From IMG/VR virus record IMGVR_UViG_3300044674_000289, positions 1 to 50,042 of that record: a stretch of DNA of 50,042 nt; one strand, written 5' to 3'. A program made the position numbers and the translations under genes. This DNA is from a virus. Its lineage: Duplodnaviria > Caudoviricetes. The notes beneath the pieces were generated by a model. The model ran no database searches. It saw only the letters and a list, made by a program, of their open reading frames with translations, and was not told the origin of the DNA. Of this stretch, positions 17,182 through 26,397 are shown in pieces (position 1 is the first letter of the stretch; every line of letters begins with the position of its first letter).

Positions 17182-17449
17182 CGTCAACGCTCTATGTCTG
17201 ATACAGACTTGTAAGAGACTTTACCGCCTTTTTTGTAGGTGTACCGATAAGGATCGCTATCTAACTCCGTAATATTAGATGTTGTAGGAAACAGAATTTC
17301 AGGACTAGCTTTTGCTTTTGCTCTGGCCTTTGCCATTGCTTTCTCTCCCAGTTCTCTAATAAATCCACCAAAACTTTTTTGATGTCTTTTTTCTAAATCA
17401 GAAATACTTTTCATCGTTAACGCTCCATGTCTGTAACAGACTTATAAGA
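17158..17449. repeat. Imperfect direct repeat spanning two gene junctions
   Basis: 17158-17216 vs 17391-17449, 52/59 identical by hand alignment. Confidence 0.85.
17184..17414 (-). CDS. Small tagged protein (KSxxDxE and GG motifs at both ends)
   Basis: MKSISDLEKRHQKSFGG...RYTYKKGGKVSYKSVSDIER. Confidence 0.7.
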   Translation of the reverse strand: MKSISDLEKRHQKSFGGFIRELGEKAMAKARAKAKASPEILFPTTSNITELDSDPYRYTYKKGGKVSYKSVSDIER

Positions 17450-17710
17450 TACCAACCCGCCCTTATTTAAACGACCAACCCTCATGTTTTTTGGGCCTAG
17501 CTGTGCTGGATCATAGCTAACACCTACAGGATCATCGTCCTTTTTCTTTTTATTGTTATTAGTATTGGTGGTGGTTGTTGTGGGCTGTGTACCGCCTTTC
17601 TTTACGGCTTGAGTAGCTACTTTTACCATAGCGCCCAACCCCGGATTCAAAACGGTAGGTAACACACTTGCAAGAGCCTTTACATCTTTAATACTTATTT
17701 TGCTTGCCAT
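17417..17710 (-). CDS. Small tagged protein
   Basis: Ends RLNKGGLVSYKSVTDMER; GGAG SD. Confidence 0.7.
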   Translation of the reverse strand: MASKISIKDVKALASVLPTVLNPGLGAMVKVATQAVKKGGTQPTTTTTNTNNNKKKKDDDPVGVSYDPAQLGPKNMRVGRLNKGGLVSYKSVTDMER

Positions 17711-17711
17711 T

Positions 17712-17978
17712 CTAATCTCCCGGCGGTAGCGCCAATAGTTTTTCGTTTGAAATTATCCAAGCCTTTGGGATGGCTATTTCTGCATCACCCTGCACGGCTT
17801 TACCATCTTCAATCAACACATGAGGACATATAATTATAAGGTCATCGTCCTCGTGGATTACCATGCCGCAAGAGACTGCAATAGCGGCTGTAATCTGTTT
17901 GAGTTCATTGATGTCTCTCCAGCCCATGTTTGAGCCTCCAGAGGCATCGTGCCATACAATCTTACTGAGCGTTACCAC
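17712..17978 (-). CDS. Conserved phage hypothetical protein
   Basis: W.DA...GW, S.G and IP..WI pattern. Confidence 0.6.
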   Translation of the reverse strand: MVTLSKIVWHDASGGSNMGWRDINELKQITAAIAVSCGMVIHEDDDLIIICPHVLIEDGKAVQGDAEIAIPKAWIISNEKLLALPPGD

Positions 17979-20476
17979 TTGACCTTATCAGCCCAATAAG
18001 CCGCAGACATATTTCCACGCTTGATGTTTTTTCTGTGACGGGCTTTGAAGCTCTTGCGCTTAGCTTTCATACGCGCAGATTCACCAGCCTTGGGCTTACC
18101 CGCAGTCTTAGCGCCTTGCTCACCAAAGCGAATAATTTTTTCTTTACCGTCTTTGCAGGCTTTGACAACATGAGACTTTTTAGGATGACTAGGTGTGCGC
18201 TTAGGCTTGTTGCACTTCATCTTCTTCTTGTCGATCTTACCGCCCTTGGCTACATTAATCCTACCTTTGAAATTAAATCCGTAGGCGTTTTCGTCTTCTG
18301 AAATGTCTTGACCTAAATAAGTTAATTTAGAATAGTCATCTTTAGGATTTGCTCTATCTTGCGCTGTACTTTTTGACTTATTAAAATCGTATCTATCTGG
18401 AAGAACTTCATAATTCCCGCCAGAATCTTTTGTAAAATTAAAAGCCCCTAAAGATGTAAACATTTCAAAAACAGGATCGGTAAAAGAAGCTTTGGCTAAA
18501 TCGACCAAATTAGTATCTTGCCTTTTTTGATTATAAAAATCATTTACGGCCTGACCGTCTGCCATTGTGGGGTAGTCATCATATGTAACATACTTTCGCC
18601 CCTTTTTCTCAGCATTTGCCATAGCCTGCTTTAAAACTTCTTGTTGTTCTTTTCCAAGAGAACCTACATCTATGTCCCCACCTTTTGATTCCAGCCCTAG
18701 CAAATTACCCAATAAAAATTTTCCAAAGGCTCTTGCGTTTGTAGGTATAGTGTTAGAAACAGTTCGCTCAAAATCATCAAATGTTTTTTTAGTTTGTCTA
18801 ATAGCCTCTTTTCTTATCGAAGAAAGTGTGCCGCCTTTAGGCTCAAAGCGTAGTGACTGTCCCGCTTGTATTTTGTTTGGATCTTTTATGTCATTAAATT
18901 TCTGAAGGTCGGCAACACTTATGCCTGTTTCTTTAGCAATTTTTGCAAGCGTATCGCCTTTAGCAACTGTGCGTGTTTTGGGTTGCTCGACTTCTTGATT
19001 AGAATCAAAAAACTTTTTCACCATTCCAATGAAGCCGCCTTCAGCCGCAGTAAATCTAGGATCAGTTGGATCAAACCTAACTGCTGTAGCAGATTTAAAC
19101 TGTTCTGGTTGAAACAACACGTAGGAATAACCAGATCCTTCAGGCACAGACGGCTCAAAAGCATTTGTATATCTGATTGAATCAAAGCCGTAAGACTCTA
19201 ACCAATCTTTTATTTTTAAACTCAACTGTGCGTTTCGTAATCCTTCAAGGCTGTCTGTCAAAAAGTTAATCGTGTTTCCATTAATCAAGTCTTGAACAAA
19301 AGCACTAGATCCTTTTATCTCTGATCTTAAATCTATGTATGCGGGGTCAGCCAAAATTTCTTCTACGCTAAAGCCTGTCTGCTCTGCTACTGCATTTACC
19401 CATTGTTGTGGATCAGCGTTAAACTCATCAGGAGTCCAGCCCTGATCTTTTAGGTCTAAAGGATTTTTTATATTGACGCGGCCCTTATTCATCACAACAT
19501 TATTAAAGCTTGTTGCAGAACGTAGCATTGCCATTTCTTCTACTTCATTTAACTGAAGCGTCCTAGCGATATCATCAAAAGTATTTTTGTCTAGATCTAA
19601 TTCAGTAGGATTCCAACCCATGCGAGTAAAAGCCTGCCGCATCGCAAAGAATTTGTTCAGACTTTTTTCTGGAATAATTCTTTTCTTTACAGGAAAACCA
19701 TCAGCATTTACATCAGAAACAAACTTTGCCTCTGAAAGAACCATATCTCTAGCATCATCACCAAAGATCTTTTGTATCGCCATGAAATTAGCTTGGCCCA
19801 TGTCGCCACCAACGTGAGTAGATATTTCAGCAGGGAACGGAAAGCGTAAGTCATACTCCCGATCTGCACCAATATCTGTCGCACGATATACGTAGTCTGT
19901 TTCAATAGAGTCCTGTAAAAACTCTTGCTCTGCTACATCTCTATTTGTTATTTTTGTAATCGGCTCATCTTCAACAGATACTTTTTTAGGTAGCCTAGAA
20001 CTAACAAACCTTTCATATTCTGGAAGTTTTTTAATATTTTTTACAACATTTTCAGCGGCTGATTGAATAGCAGTTTCTGACAACAGGCGAGCTTCTTTTT
20101 TGGCAGAGATTATGTCCTTATAATATTCAACAACAGCTTGGTCAGCTTCTTCTAGCTCTACGTCTTTGTCTGCAACTTTATAATATCTGGCATAACGTAA
20201 CTCAGGAAGCTGGCCTACCATCATCTCATCTAAGCTGTTGTAGATAGCCCCGTCAGGGTCAATTGTTTTTTCTTTATTAGAAAATTTAGGACTCTCTCCA
20301 GTTATTAAAGAACGTACAACTTTTTGAGCGTATTCAACTTGGTCATTACTTGTAAAAGGAACAGCCTCATTAATACCAGCAACTGGCGCTTCAATTTGAG
20401 TCTTAACTTTTTGAGCATCAAACACATTGTCTGAAGCTTTGACAATTGTTTTTGCAAATAGAGATGCTAGACTCAT
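17972..20476 (-). CDS. Multidomain virion protein: ART-PolyVal-like + LysM + basic DUF6321-like C-terminus
   Basis: KNPLD..GFDSIRY.N..YSYVLFQPEQFKSA (ART-PolyVal-like); TVAKGDTLAKIA...DPNKIQAGQSLR (LysM); IIRFGEQG..RKSFKARH..SAAYWA. Confidence 0.65.
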   Translation of the reverse strand: MSLASLFAKTIVKASDNVFDAQKVKTQIEAPVAGINEAVPFTSNDQVEYAQKVVRSLITGESPKFSNKEKTIDPDGAIYNSLDEMMVGQLPELRYARYYKVADKDVELEEADQAVVEYYKDIISAKKEARLLSETAIQSAAENVVKNIKKLPEYERFVSSRLPKKVSVEDEPITKITNRDVAEQEFLQDSIETDYVYRATDIGADREYDLRFPFPAEISTHVGGDMGQANFMAIQKIFGDDARDMVLSEAKFVSDVNADGFPVKKRIIPEKSLNKFFAMRQAFTRMGWNPTELDLDKNTFDDIARTLQLNEVEEMAMLRSATSFNNVVMNKGRVNIKNPLDLKDQGWTPDEFNADPQQWVNAVAEQTGFSVEEILADPAYIDLRSEIKGSSAFVQDLINGNTINFLTDSLEGLRNAQLSLKIKDWLESYGFDSIRYTNAFEPSVPEGSGYSYVLFQPEQFKSATAVRFDPTDPRFTAAEGGFIGMVKKFFDSNQEVEQPKTRTVAKGDTLAKIAKETGISVADLQKFNDIKDPNKIQAGQSLRFEPKGGTLSSIRKEAIRQTKKTFDDFERTVSNTIPTNARAFGKFLLGNLLGLESKGGDIDVGSLGKEQQEVLKQAMANAEKKGRKYVTYDDYPTMADGQAVNDFYNQKRQDTNLVDLAKASFTDPVFEMFTSLGAFNFTKDSGGNYEVLPDRYDFNKSKSTAQDRANPKDDYSKLTYLGQDISEDENAYGFNFKGRINVAKGGKIDKKKMKCNKPKRTPSHPKKSHVVKACKDGKEKIIRFGEQGAKTAGKPKAGESARMKAKRKSFKARHRKNIKRGNMSAAYWADKVKW

Positions 20477-23400
20477 TATGTTCTCCTTGATAACAAGCTT
20501 CTAGAAAGCTCTTCTTCGTCCATAAAAGCTTCTCCAGCTTGCTGGTCGTAGGGTAGCCCTGTCATTTTATCTATACGCTCGTCAGGCTCTTCTGGAACAT
20601 TTGGTACATCATCTACAACACCACCTTTACTATACAAAGCCTTACGTTTTGCAAACGGATTTATATCTTCAACACCTTCTGTAATGCTTTCATCAATTTC
20701 TCTAAGCTCTTTTTTGTAATCTTTTATAGCGTCTTCTCCAAAAACTGTAGTGCCTGCGCCATAGCCCGGAACCTTTGTGCCTAAAACTGAAGCTAATTTT
20801 CCACGCCTAAAGATTACAGCGGTGTCTCCAACAGTAGGCCCAAACAGACCAACAACAAGTCCCGGCGTCCCTAGATATTCAACATTCTTTCCTGCCCGAT
20901 AAGCTTGATCTAAGAACAAGCCGTTACCGCCCCAACGAGACAGTGACTCAAAGCCTATCTGAGCCGCACTCTTGTCTTCAAAACCTTCACCTCTTGTACG
21001 CATATAGTTAGTTGCGCCTGCTACAGCCGTCATAGCCAAGGCAGTGGGCAGTAGTTTTTCTGCGGCAATGTCAGGGTCTTTCAACAATCTTTTTGCTCCA
21101 CGCTTTAGGATGTTATTTGTAAAAGCTGTTGGATAGCCCATCAACTGAAATAACAAGCTACCAAAAGGTGTGCTGTGTGCGCGGGGCTTTAGACCAGACA
21201 TTCTTGAAGGCTGTAAAATAATTTGGTTAGTATATCTACCCGCACCGTTTAGAATACTTTTATAAAACTTATCATCTACTTTTCTGCCACGGTTTACCCA
21301 AGCCTTTGCTTCTTCTACATCAATACCAAACTCAGCCAAATCGTCTAGTTTTGTTTGCATACGCCGAGTCATGGGCGCACTACCGTGAGCGGCTACCTGA
21401 TCTATGGTGTTTGTTAAATATTTCTTGCCTGTCTGAAAAGAAACATTCTGAACAAACTTTGTCCATTGATCTAGAAGAGTCATCCTAAAAAATACGTTAC
21501 TGGCCTTTTGCATCCCTTCATTAGAAACCATATCACCCGCAAGGCGATCTGCCATAGACTCTAATGATTGCTCCATGACTAAACCAAACTCTTGCATTTC
21601 ATGCCAAGCTTCTTCAGGCGTCAGCCCAAGCTCTTTAGTTAGTTTTTTATGAGCATCTTCAGTCATAGCCTTAAAACCAACTTCATGTGCTGACAAAAGA
21701 TTATCAATGTCCTGTTTATTTTTTGCACCTGAAATTTTTAGCGCAGTTTTGAAGCCATCTATGGTTGCGCCCCCCGCAACACCAAAATTCAAAAGCACCT
21801 CAGTCAAACTAGACAAAGTTGCTAGGGGCAGAAGAGCCATGCGCTGTACAAGCTGTACGCCTTGAAAAGCTTTATTAGCTGTTTCTGTACCCTCGCCAGT
21901 TATAGTGCGATAAAGATCTTTAACTCTTTCTGAGTCTCGTCTTGTCCAACCAGCGCCGCCAGCCCTTGCTTCTCTAGCAATAGGCTCAAGCCATTTTTTT
22001 TCAAAATCATTTAGATTCTTTACACCAAAGACTCTTTTCTTTGCAAGGGCCATGCCTGCCTGAGTCATGTAATTAAAGAATGTTTGCTGAACGTCAGTGT
22101 TCAAAAACTTTTCAAACATTGCATCGTCAGTAATTTTTTCAAATGTTCTATTACTGCTAAAGAAATAATCTCGTGAGCCGCTTGTAAGTTGTAGTTCTTT
22201 ATCTAACATACCCTCAACAATAGCATCAGCATCTGCTTGATTTTTAGCTTCACCTGATCGAATCAAAAGTCTTTTAAATTCATCGGGATTATCTTCAATT
22301 GCAGATCTTTTCCATTGGCGTGGGACATAGTTTTTTACGGGAGTGCTGATAAAGCCTTCTCGACTAAGTAACTCTCCAGCGGCCTGATAAGCTTTTCGGA
22401 TTTGTGCGGCTGACGCATTGACTGCCGCAGAATAATCTTGTCCTGAAGATGAGCGCCCACGCAAAGATAAAGAAAGCGCATCGTTAATCTCATCGTTTAA
22501 CGTAACATTAAATTTACGCTCAGTCAGAGGCAGTACAGCCTTTAAAAACTCTTTATAAAATGCGCCTGTAATATTGCGCTGGGCTTCTGCAAAGTCTTCT
22601 GAAATAGTTTTTTGTGCTGTTCTTTCAGCCAAAGGATCTCTTAAATCCATTGCAAACTCATTGCTTGTTTTTTCTTGCAGGAGTTTTGCTGTCGGAGAAA
22701 TTTTATTATAGGGAGTTAAAAATCCAGCAGACTTTCCAAACATTGCATAAGAAGTAAATCTAGTAAATAGCTTGTTCAAGTCCATCAACAAACCATCCTG
22801 CATTTTAGGATCGCCTGCGTCTTGTCTAGCTCTAGCTAACGTAAGATCCACAGCCTCTTCAAAAGTATTTTGTCCGCCACCTATTCTATTAATAAGTTCT
22901 TCAAGATCTTTTAAAGACCCCATTTCTGTAGGAACAAGTTCTTTTCCGGGCTGTGATACTTCGGATGTTGTTTTATTTACAAAATTATTTATGGCTGATG
23001 ATATCGTAGATGAAAAATTATCAGCGGCTTCTGAAGTTTTATTTTGATTTCTGTTTATAAACGTCAGTGTTTCTACCAACTGATCTAACAGTTCTTTTTG
23101 TCTTGCGCCTGTAGCCTCTCCCAAAAGTTGTTGGATCTTTTGAGCAGGGTCAGGCTCTCCCATAGCCTCTTGAAGTGCGAGTCTAAAGTTTCTAGGAGCG
23201 TCTGTACGCGCCTGTAAAAGCTCTGAGACAGCCTGCCTAAAGTTCTCTCCGGGGTTATCTACAAGCGCCTGTAGCTCGTCCTGAAACCTCCTAGCAGGCT
23301 CTGAAGGCGGTTGGTTTGGCAGTCTTAGATCAGGCAACGCCAAGGGTGGTGGTGGTAGTTCAGCAAGTTCTTCAGCCCTTCTCTTGAGCATCCTCTTACC

Positions 23401-24225
23401 AAAAGCTTCACCAGCACCATGAATTAAATATCCTCCTGCACCACCAAAGGCCGTCATTGCCGCAACTTCAGCAGGGCTAAAAGAATCTCGTGCGTCTATG
23501 TTAAGATCTAAGAATTGCTCTGCCGTATTTTGTAACCCTGTGTAGGCCGCACCAAAAGCAGTAGACTTTGTTTTAGTAGGTTGCATTAAGCGACTAGAGT
23601 TCACAGCTTTGTTTGCGTTCTGTGCGCGAATAGAAAGATCTAAAAGTTTTGAAGCGGCTTTGCCTGCACCAACCCTTGTTGCAAGCGTAGCGCCTGCACC
23701 TAGTCCAGCACTTGCCGCACCAGTAAGGATAGCTGGCCCTAGATAGGCCGCGTTGCCATAGTTAAAGATTAAGTCAGACCCATAATCTAAAACACGATCA
23801 AACTGTTCGCCAATCCCAGACACCTCTGCACGATCAAACTTTGTTTTCATACGACGATATGCGGCTTTAACTTCTTCTGGCGCATCTCTTAAGGCTACTG
23901 CTTTATTTGCGGCAGTTTCTATTCGCATGATATCATCCCGCAAGAACTCAACAGGGTCTGTGTCATCATTAGGATCAGTTGCTTGATCTATGCCTGAAGA
24001 AACAGTAGACATAAAATCATCTTGGTCTTTGAGATAACTTAAAACCAGTTCAAAATCTTTTACAGTTTCAGGATCTTTTTGAAAGTCTGTCATACTATAG
24101 ACAGGAGCTTTTTCTTTTGTAGTAAAATCAAAATTATACTTAGCCGCAGAAGGCTTTGCTTCAGTAACTTTTTGTTGTTCAGCTATGCGCTCTGCAAAGT
24201 AATCATCTACAGTTCTAAATGACAT
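20476..24225 (-). CDS. Large internal virion / ejection protein
   Basis: 1249 aa, helical, NYVPR motif, last position in the ejection block, as for T7 gp16. Confidence 0.6.
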   Translation of the reverse strand: MSFRTVDDYFAERIAEQQKVTEAKPSAAKYNFDFTTKEKAPVYSMTDFQKDPETVKDFELVLSYLKDQDDFMSTVSSGIDQATDPNDDTDPVEFLRDDIMRIETAANKAVALRDAPEEVKAAYRRMKTKFDRAEVSGIGEQFDRVLDYGSDLIFNYGNAAYLGPAILTGAASAGLGAGATLATRVGAGKAASKLLDLSIRAQNANKAVNSSRLMQPTKTKSTAFGAAYTGLQNTAEQFLDLNIDARDSFSPAEVAAMTAFGGAGGYLIHGAGEAFGKRMLKRRAEELAELPPPPLALPDLRLPNQPPSEPARRFQDELQALVDNPGENFRQAVSELLQARTDAPRNFRLALQEAMGEPDPAQKIQQLLGEATGARQKELLDQLVETLTFINRNQNKTSEAADNFSSTISSAINNFVNKTTSEVSQPGKELVPTEMGSLKDLEELINRIGGGQNTFEEAVDLTLARARQDAGDPKMQDGLLMDLNKLFTRFTSYAMFGKSAGFLTPYNKISPTAKLLQEKTSNEFAMDLRDPLAERTAQKTISEDFAEAQRNITGAFYKEFLKAVLPLTERKFNVTLNDEINDALSLSLRGRSSSGQDYSAAVNASAAQIRKAYQAAGELLSREGFISTPVKNYVPRQWKRSAIEDNPDEFKRLLIRSGEAKNQADADAIVEGMLDKELQLTSGSRDYFFSSNRTFEKITDDAMFEKFLNTDVQQTFFNYMTQAGMALAKKRVFGVKNLNDFEKKWLEPIAREARAGGAGWTRRDSERVKDLYRTITGEGTETANKAFQGVQLVQRMALLPLATLSSLTEVLLNFGVAGGATIDGFKTALKISGAKNKQDIDNLLSAHEVGFKAMTEDAHKKLTKELGLTPEEAWHEMQEFGLVMEQSLESMADRLAGDMVSNEGMQKASNVFFRMTLLDQWTKFVQNVSFQTGKKYLTNTIDQVAAHGSAPMTRRMQTKLDDLAEFGIDVEEAKAWVNRGRKVDDKFYKSILNGAGRYTNQIILQPSRMSGLKPRAHSTPFGSLLFQLMGYPTAFTNNILKRGAKRLLKDPDIAAEKLLPTALAMTAVAGATNYMRTRGEGFEDKSAAQIGFESLSRWGGNGLFLDQAYRAGKNVEYLGTPGLVVGLFGPTVGDTAVIFRRGKLASVLGTKVPGYGAGTTVFGEDAIKDYKKELREIDESITEGVEDINPFAKRKALYSKGGVVDDVPNVPEEPDERIDKMTGLPYDQQAGEAFMDEEELSRSLLSRRT

Positions 24226-24229
24226 TTAA

Positions 24230-25807
24230 TTAATTCCTAAACATACCTAAAATAGAAGCTTCTTTTGGTGTTGCTCTACGATATTCTTGACTAATATTTA
24301 ACTTATCCCTTAATTGAAAATCTAAAACATCAAGCAATGAGTAGTCTTCTTGATTTAAATTAGAAAAAACATCTGGATTTTCTTCAACATATTTCATTAC
24401 TTCTTCTAGCCTTCCTGAACTTTGAGCAGGGAGCGTTTCATTTACATAAGCATTTATATTAGATTCTATTGTGTCTCTTATGCCCTGTGGAACATCATCA
24501 ATATTACCGTACTCTTCTATCGTAGCATGATAAGTTAAAAATGGATTTTCTGCCGAAGGATTTAAAAGAGTTGGGCGACCATCGTGAGCTTCCATATCTA
24601 AGATCCGTGCCCTTGCCGCAATAGACATACGACGAGAATCGGAGATGTCGGTATCATCAAAAACTGCCGCCAGCCTTTTGTTTGTTTGAGATAAGTGCGT
24701 ACCAGCAGTAGCAATTGCGGCGTTCTCTATTGTTGTATTGTCGCCAAAATCAGTATCTTCAGGCATATAAGATTTTACAAGATCGTCTAGTTTATCTTCT
24801 AGTTGTCGATTCGCCTGCCTTGTCATTGATAAAACATTTGCGGCATCGTCTTTATCCATAAGACCACCACCAGTAGAAGACTTAAAAGTTTCTGATGATA
24901 TTGGTTTCTTAGAAAAAATATCTACATAAGAACCTGTCCAAGAACCATCCGGACGTAATTCTTTTGCAACAGATACTGTTCGTGACTTCCCAAAATCATC
25001 TACATATTGTATTGTAGAAGGTTCATAAGTCATTTGAGCTTTTAAAATTTTGCCTTTGTTTTCTTCTACAATTTCAGCAACATTTGTAGCTACTAAAGAA
25101 TTTCCTGTTGCAGTATAAAACTTATCAAAAGTTTCTTGAAACTCTTTTGAAGCTTTATAAATTTGTGAAGATGTTGTGCTACGATATACTGCACCGTCTG
25201 TGTTACGATCATTCTCATCTAAGAAGTAAGATGTAAGTTTTCTCATACCACGACCCATTACACCTAGATCAACGCCAGAAGCTTCTCTTAAAGCTTTACC
25301 ATACGCAAGGCGATCACCGCCTGTACTCGTAAGAACATTCTGGGCGGCACTGAGTTGAGCATCAAAATTATTTATGTACTCTGCTAAAGTTTCAGAAGCT
25401 CGTTGGTCAGCCAATTTAGTTACGTTGGCTGTGTCATAATAACTACCATCTTTACCAAGCTCTGTGTCTAGCTTTGCTTTGTACATTTGAAAAAGCTCAT
25501 TCCGAAAGTAAGCCTCTTTACCGCCTTCATAACTTGCCGCCGCTTTAGCGCGCTCTGCAATCCTTTGCGCTCTATCAACAGAAGAACGTACAAGAGATCG
25601 TTCTGTTAGCACATCCTGCCTATTCATAAAGTTATTATACTTTTCTTGTTGCCTACCTTGCATGATGCCACCAACAACTTGACCAGCAAGATTAAACAAC
25701 ATACTTTTAGTATCGTCGCGCCTTTGCCGCCTATTAGTTTGCCTAGCCTGCTGAAGCAAGGACTCCGCATTCTCTAAAGGGTTTTGAGTTAAATCAAATT
25801 CTGCCAT
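24230..25807 (-). CDS. Putative internal virion protein
   Basis: Position in the ejection block; helical composition. Confidence 0.55.
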   Translation of the reverse strand: MAEFDLTQNPLENAESLLQQARQTNRRQRRDDTKSMLFNLAGQVVGGIMQGRQQEKYNNFMNRQDVLTERSLVRSSVDRAQRIAERAKAAASYEGGKEAYFRNELFQMYKAKLDTELGKDGSYYDTANVTKLADQRASETLAEYINNFDAQLSAAQNVLTSTGGDRLAYGKALREASGVDLGVMGRGMRKLTSYFLDENDRNTDGAVYRSTTSSQIYKASKEFQETFDKFYTATGNSLVATNVAEIVEENKGKILKAQMTYEPSTIQYVDDFGKSRTVSVAKELRPDGSWTGSYVDIFSKKPISSETFKSSTGGGLMDKDDAANVLSMTRQANRQLEDKLDDLVKSYMPEDTDFGDNTTIENAAIATAGTHLSQTNKRLAAVFDDTDISDSRRMSIAARARILDMEAHDGRPTLLNPSAENPFLTYHATIEEYGNIDDVPQGIRDTIESNINAYVNETLPAQSSGRLEEVMKYVEENPDVFSNLNQEDYSLLDVLDFQLRDKLNISQEYRRATPKEASILGMFRN

Positions 25808-25809
25808 TG

Positions 25810-26397
25810 TTATCCACCTTGATTCGCTAAGAGGCTTTCTTCTTCTTCTTCAGTTTGTGTATTCGCAAGCAGACTATCTATCTGCTCTTGAGGTATTGCA
25901 TCAATCTGGGCCTGCATTTGTTTATCAACAGAAGGCATAGCCTTTTTGTTTTGTTGCATATCTACTTGTACCTGTCTTCCCTTTTCTTCTGCAAAAGACA
26001 TTCCAATAGTTTCTTCTTCGTCTAACTCATCATCCAAATCATCCCTAAAGAATGTCGGATCAATATCAGCCCTTTCACAAAGCGCCAAGAAAATATATGT
26101 AGTAGGCTCAATAAGTAACTGCATCAAAGCAAAGTTCCACTTGCCTTCATAGAATCCACTAAACAAAACAGTCTGAACAATTTCCATTAGCGGGAAGCCG
26201 TCAGCCATTAACTTAATAAACTGCGAATAGTTTTCTTCTTCAATAGCGTTTTCAAAAATATAATTCAAAGCCTTATGAAGATTTGTAAACTCTGGCGGTC
26301 TATCGTGGGGCATAGGATTATCAGGATCCATTGTCAAGCTCATCCCCGGTATAGGAAACCTACGCTCTAAGTTAATGTTTAAAATATCTTCGTTCAT
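25810..26397 (-). CDS. Hypothetical virion-associated protein
   Basis: PIPGMSLT..P...P.DRPP motif; acidic. Confidence 0.55.
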   Translation of the reverse strand: MNEDILNINLERRFPIPGMSLTMDPDNPMPHDRPPEFTNLHKALNYIFENAIEEENYSQFIKLMADGFPLMEIVQTVLFSGFYEGKWNFALMQLLIEPTTYIFLALCERADIDPTFFRDDLDDELDEEETIGMSFAEEKGRQVQVDMQQNKKAMPSVDKQMQAQIDAIPQEQIDSLLANTQTEEEEESLLANQGG

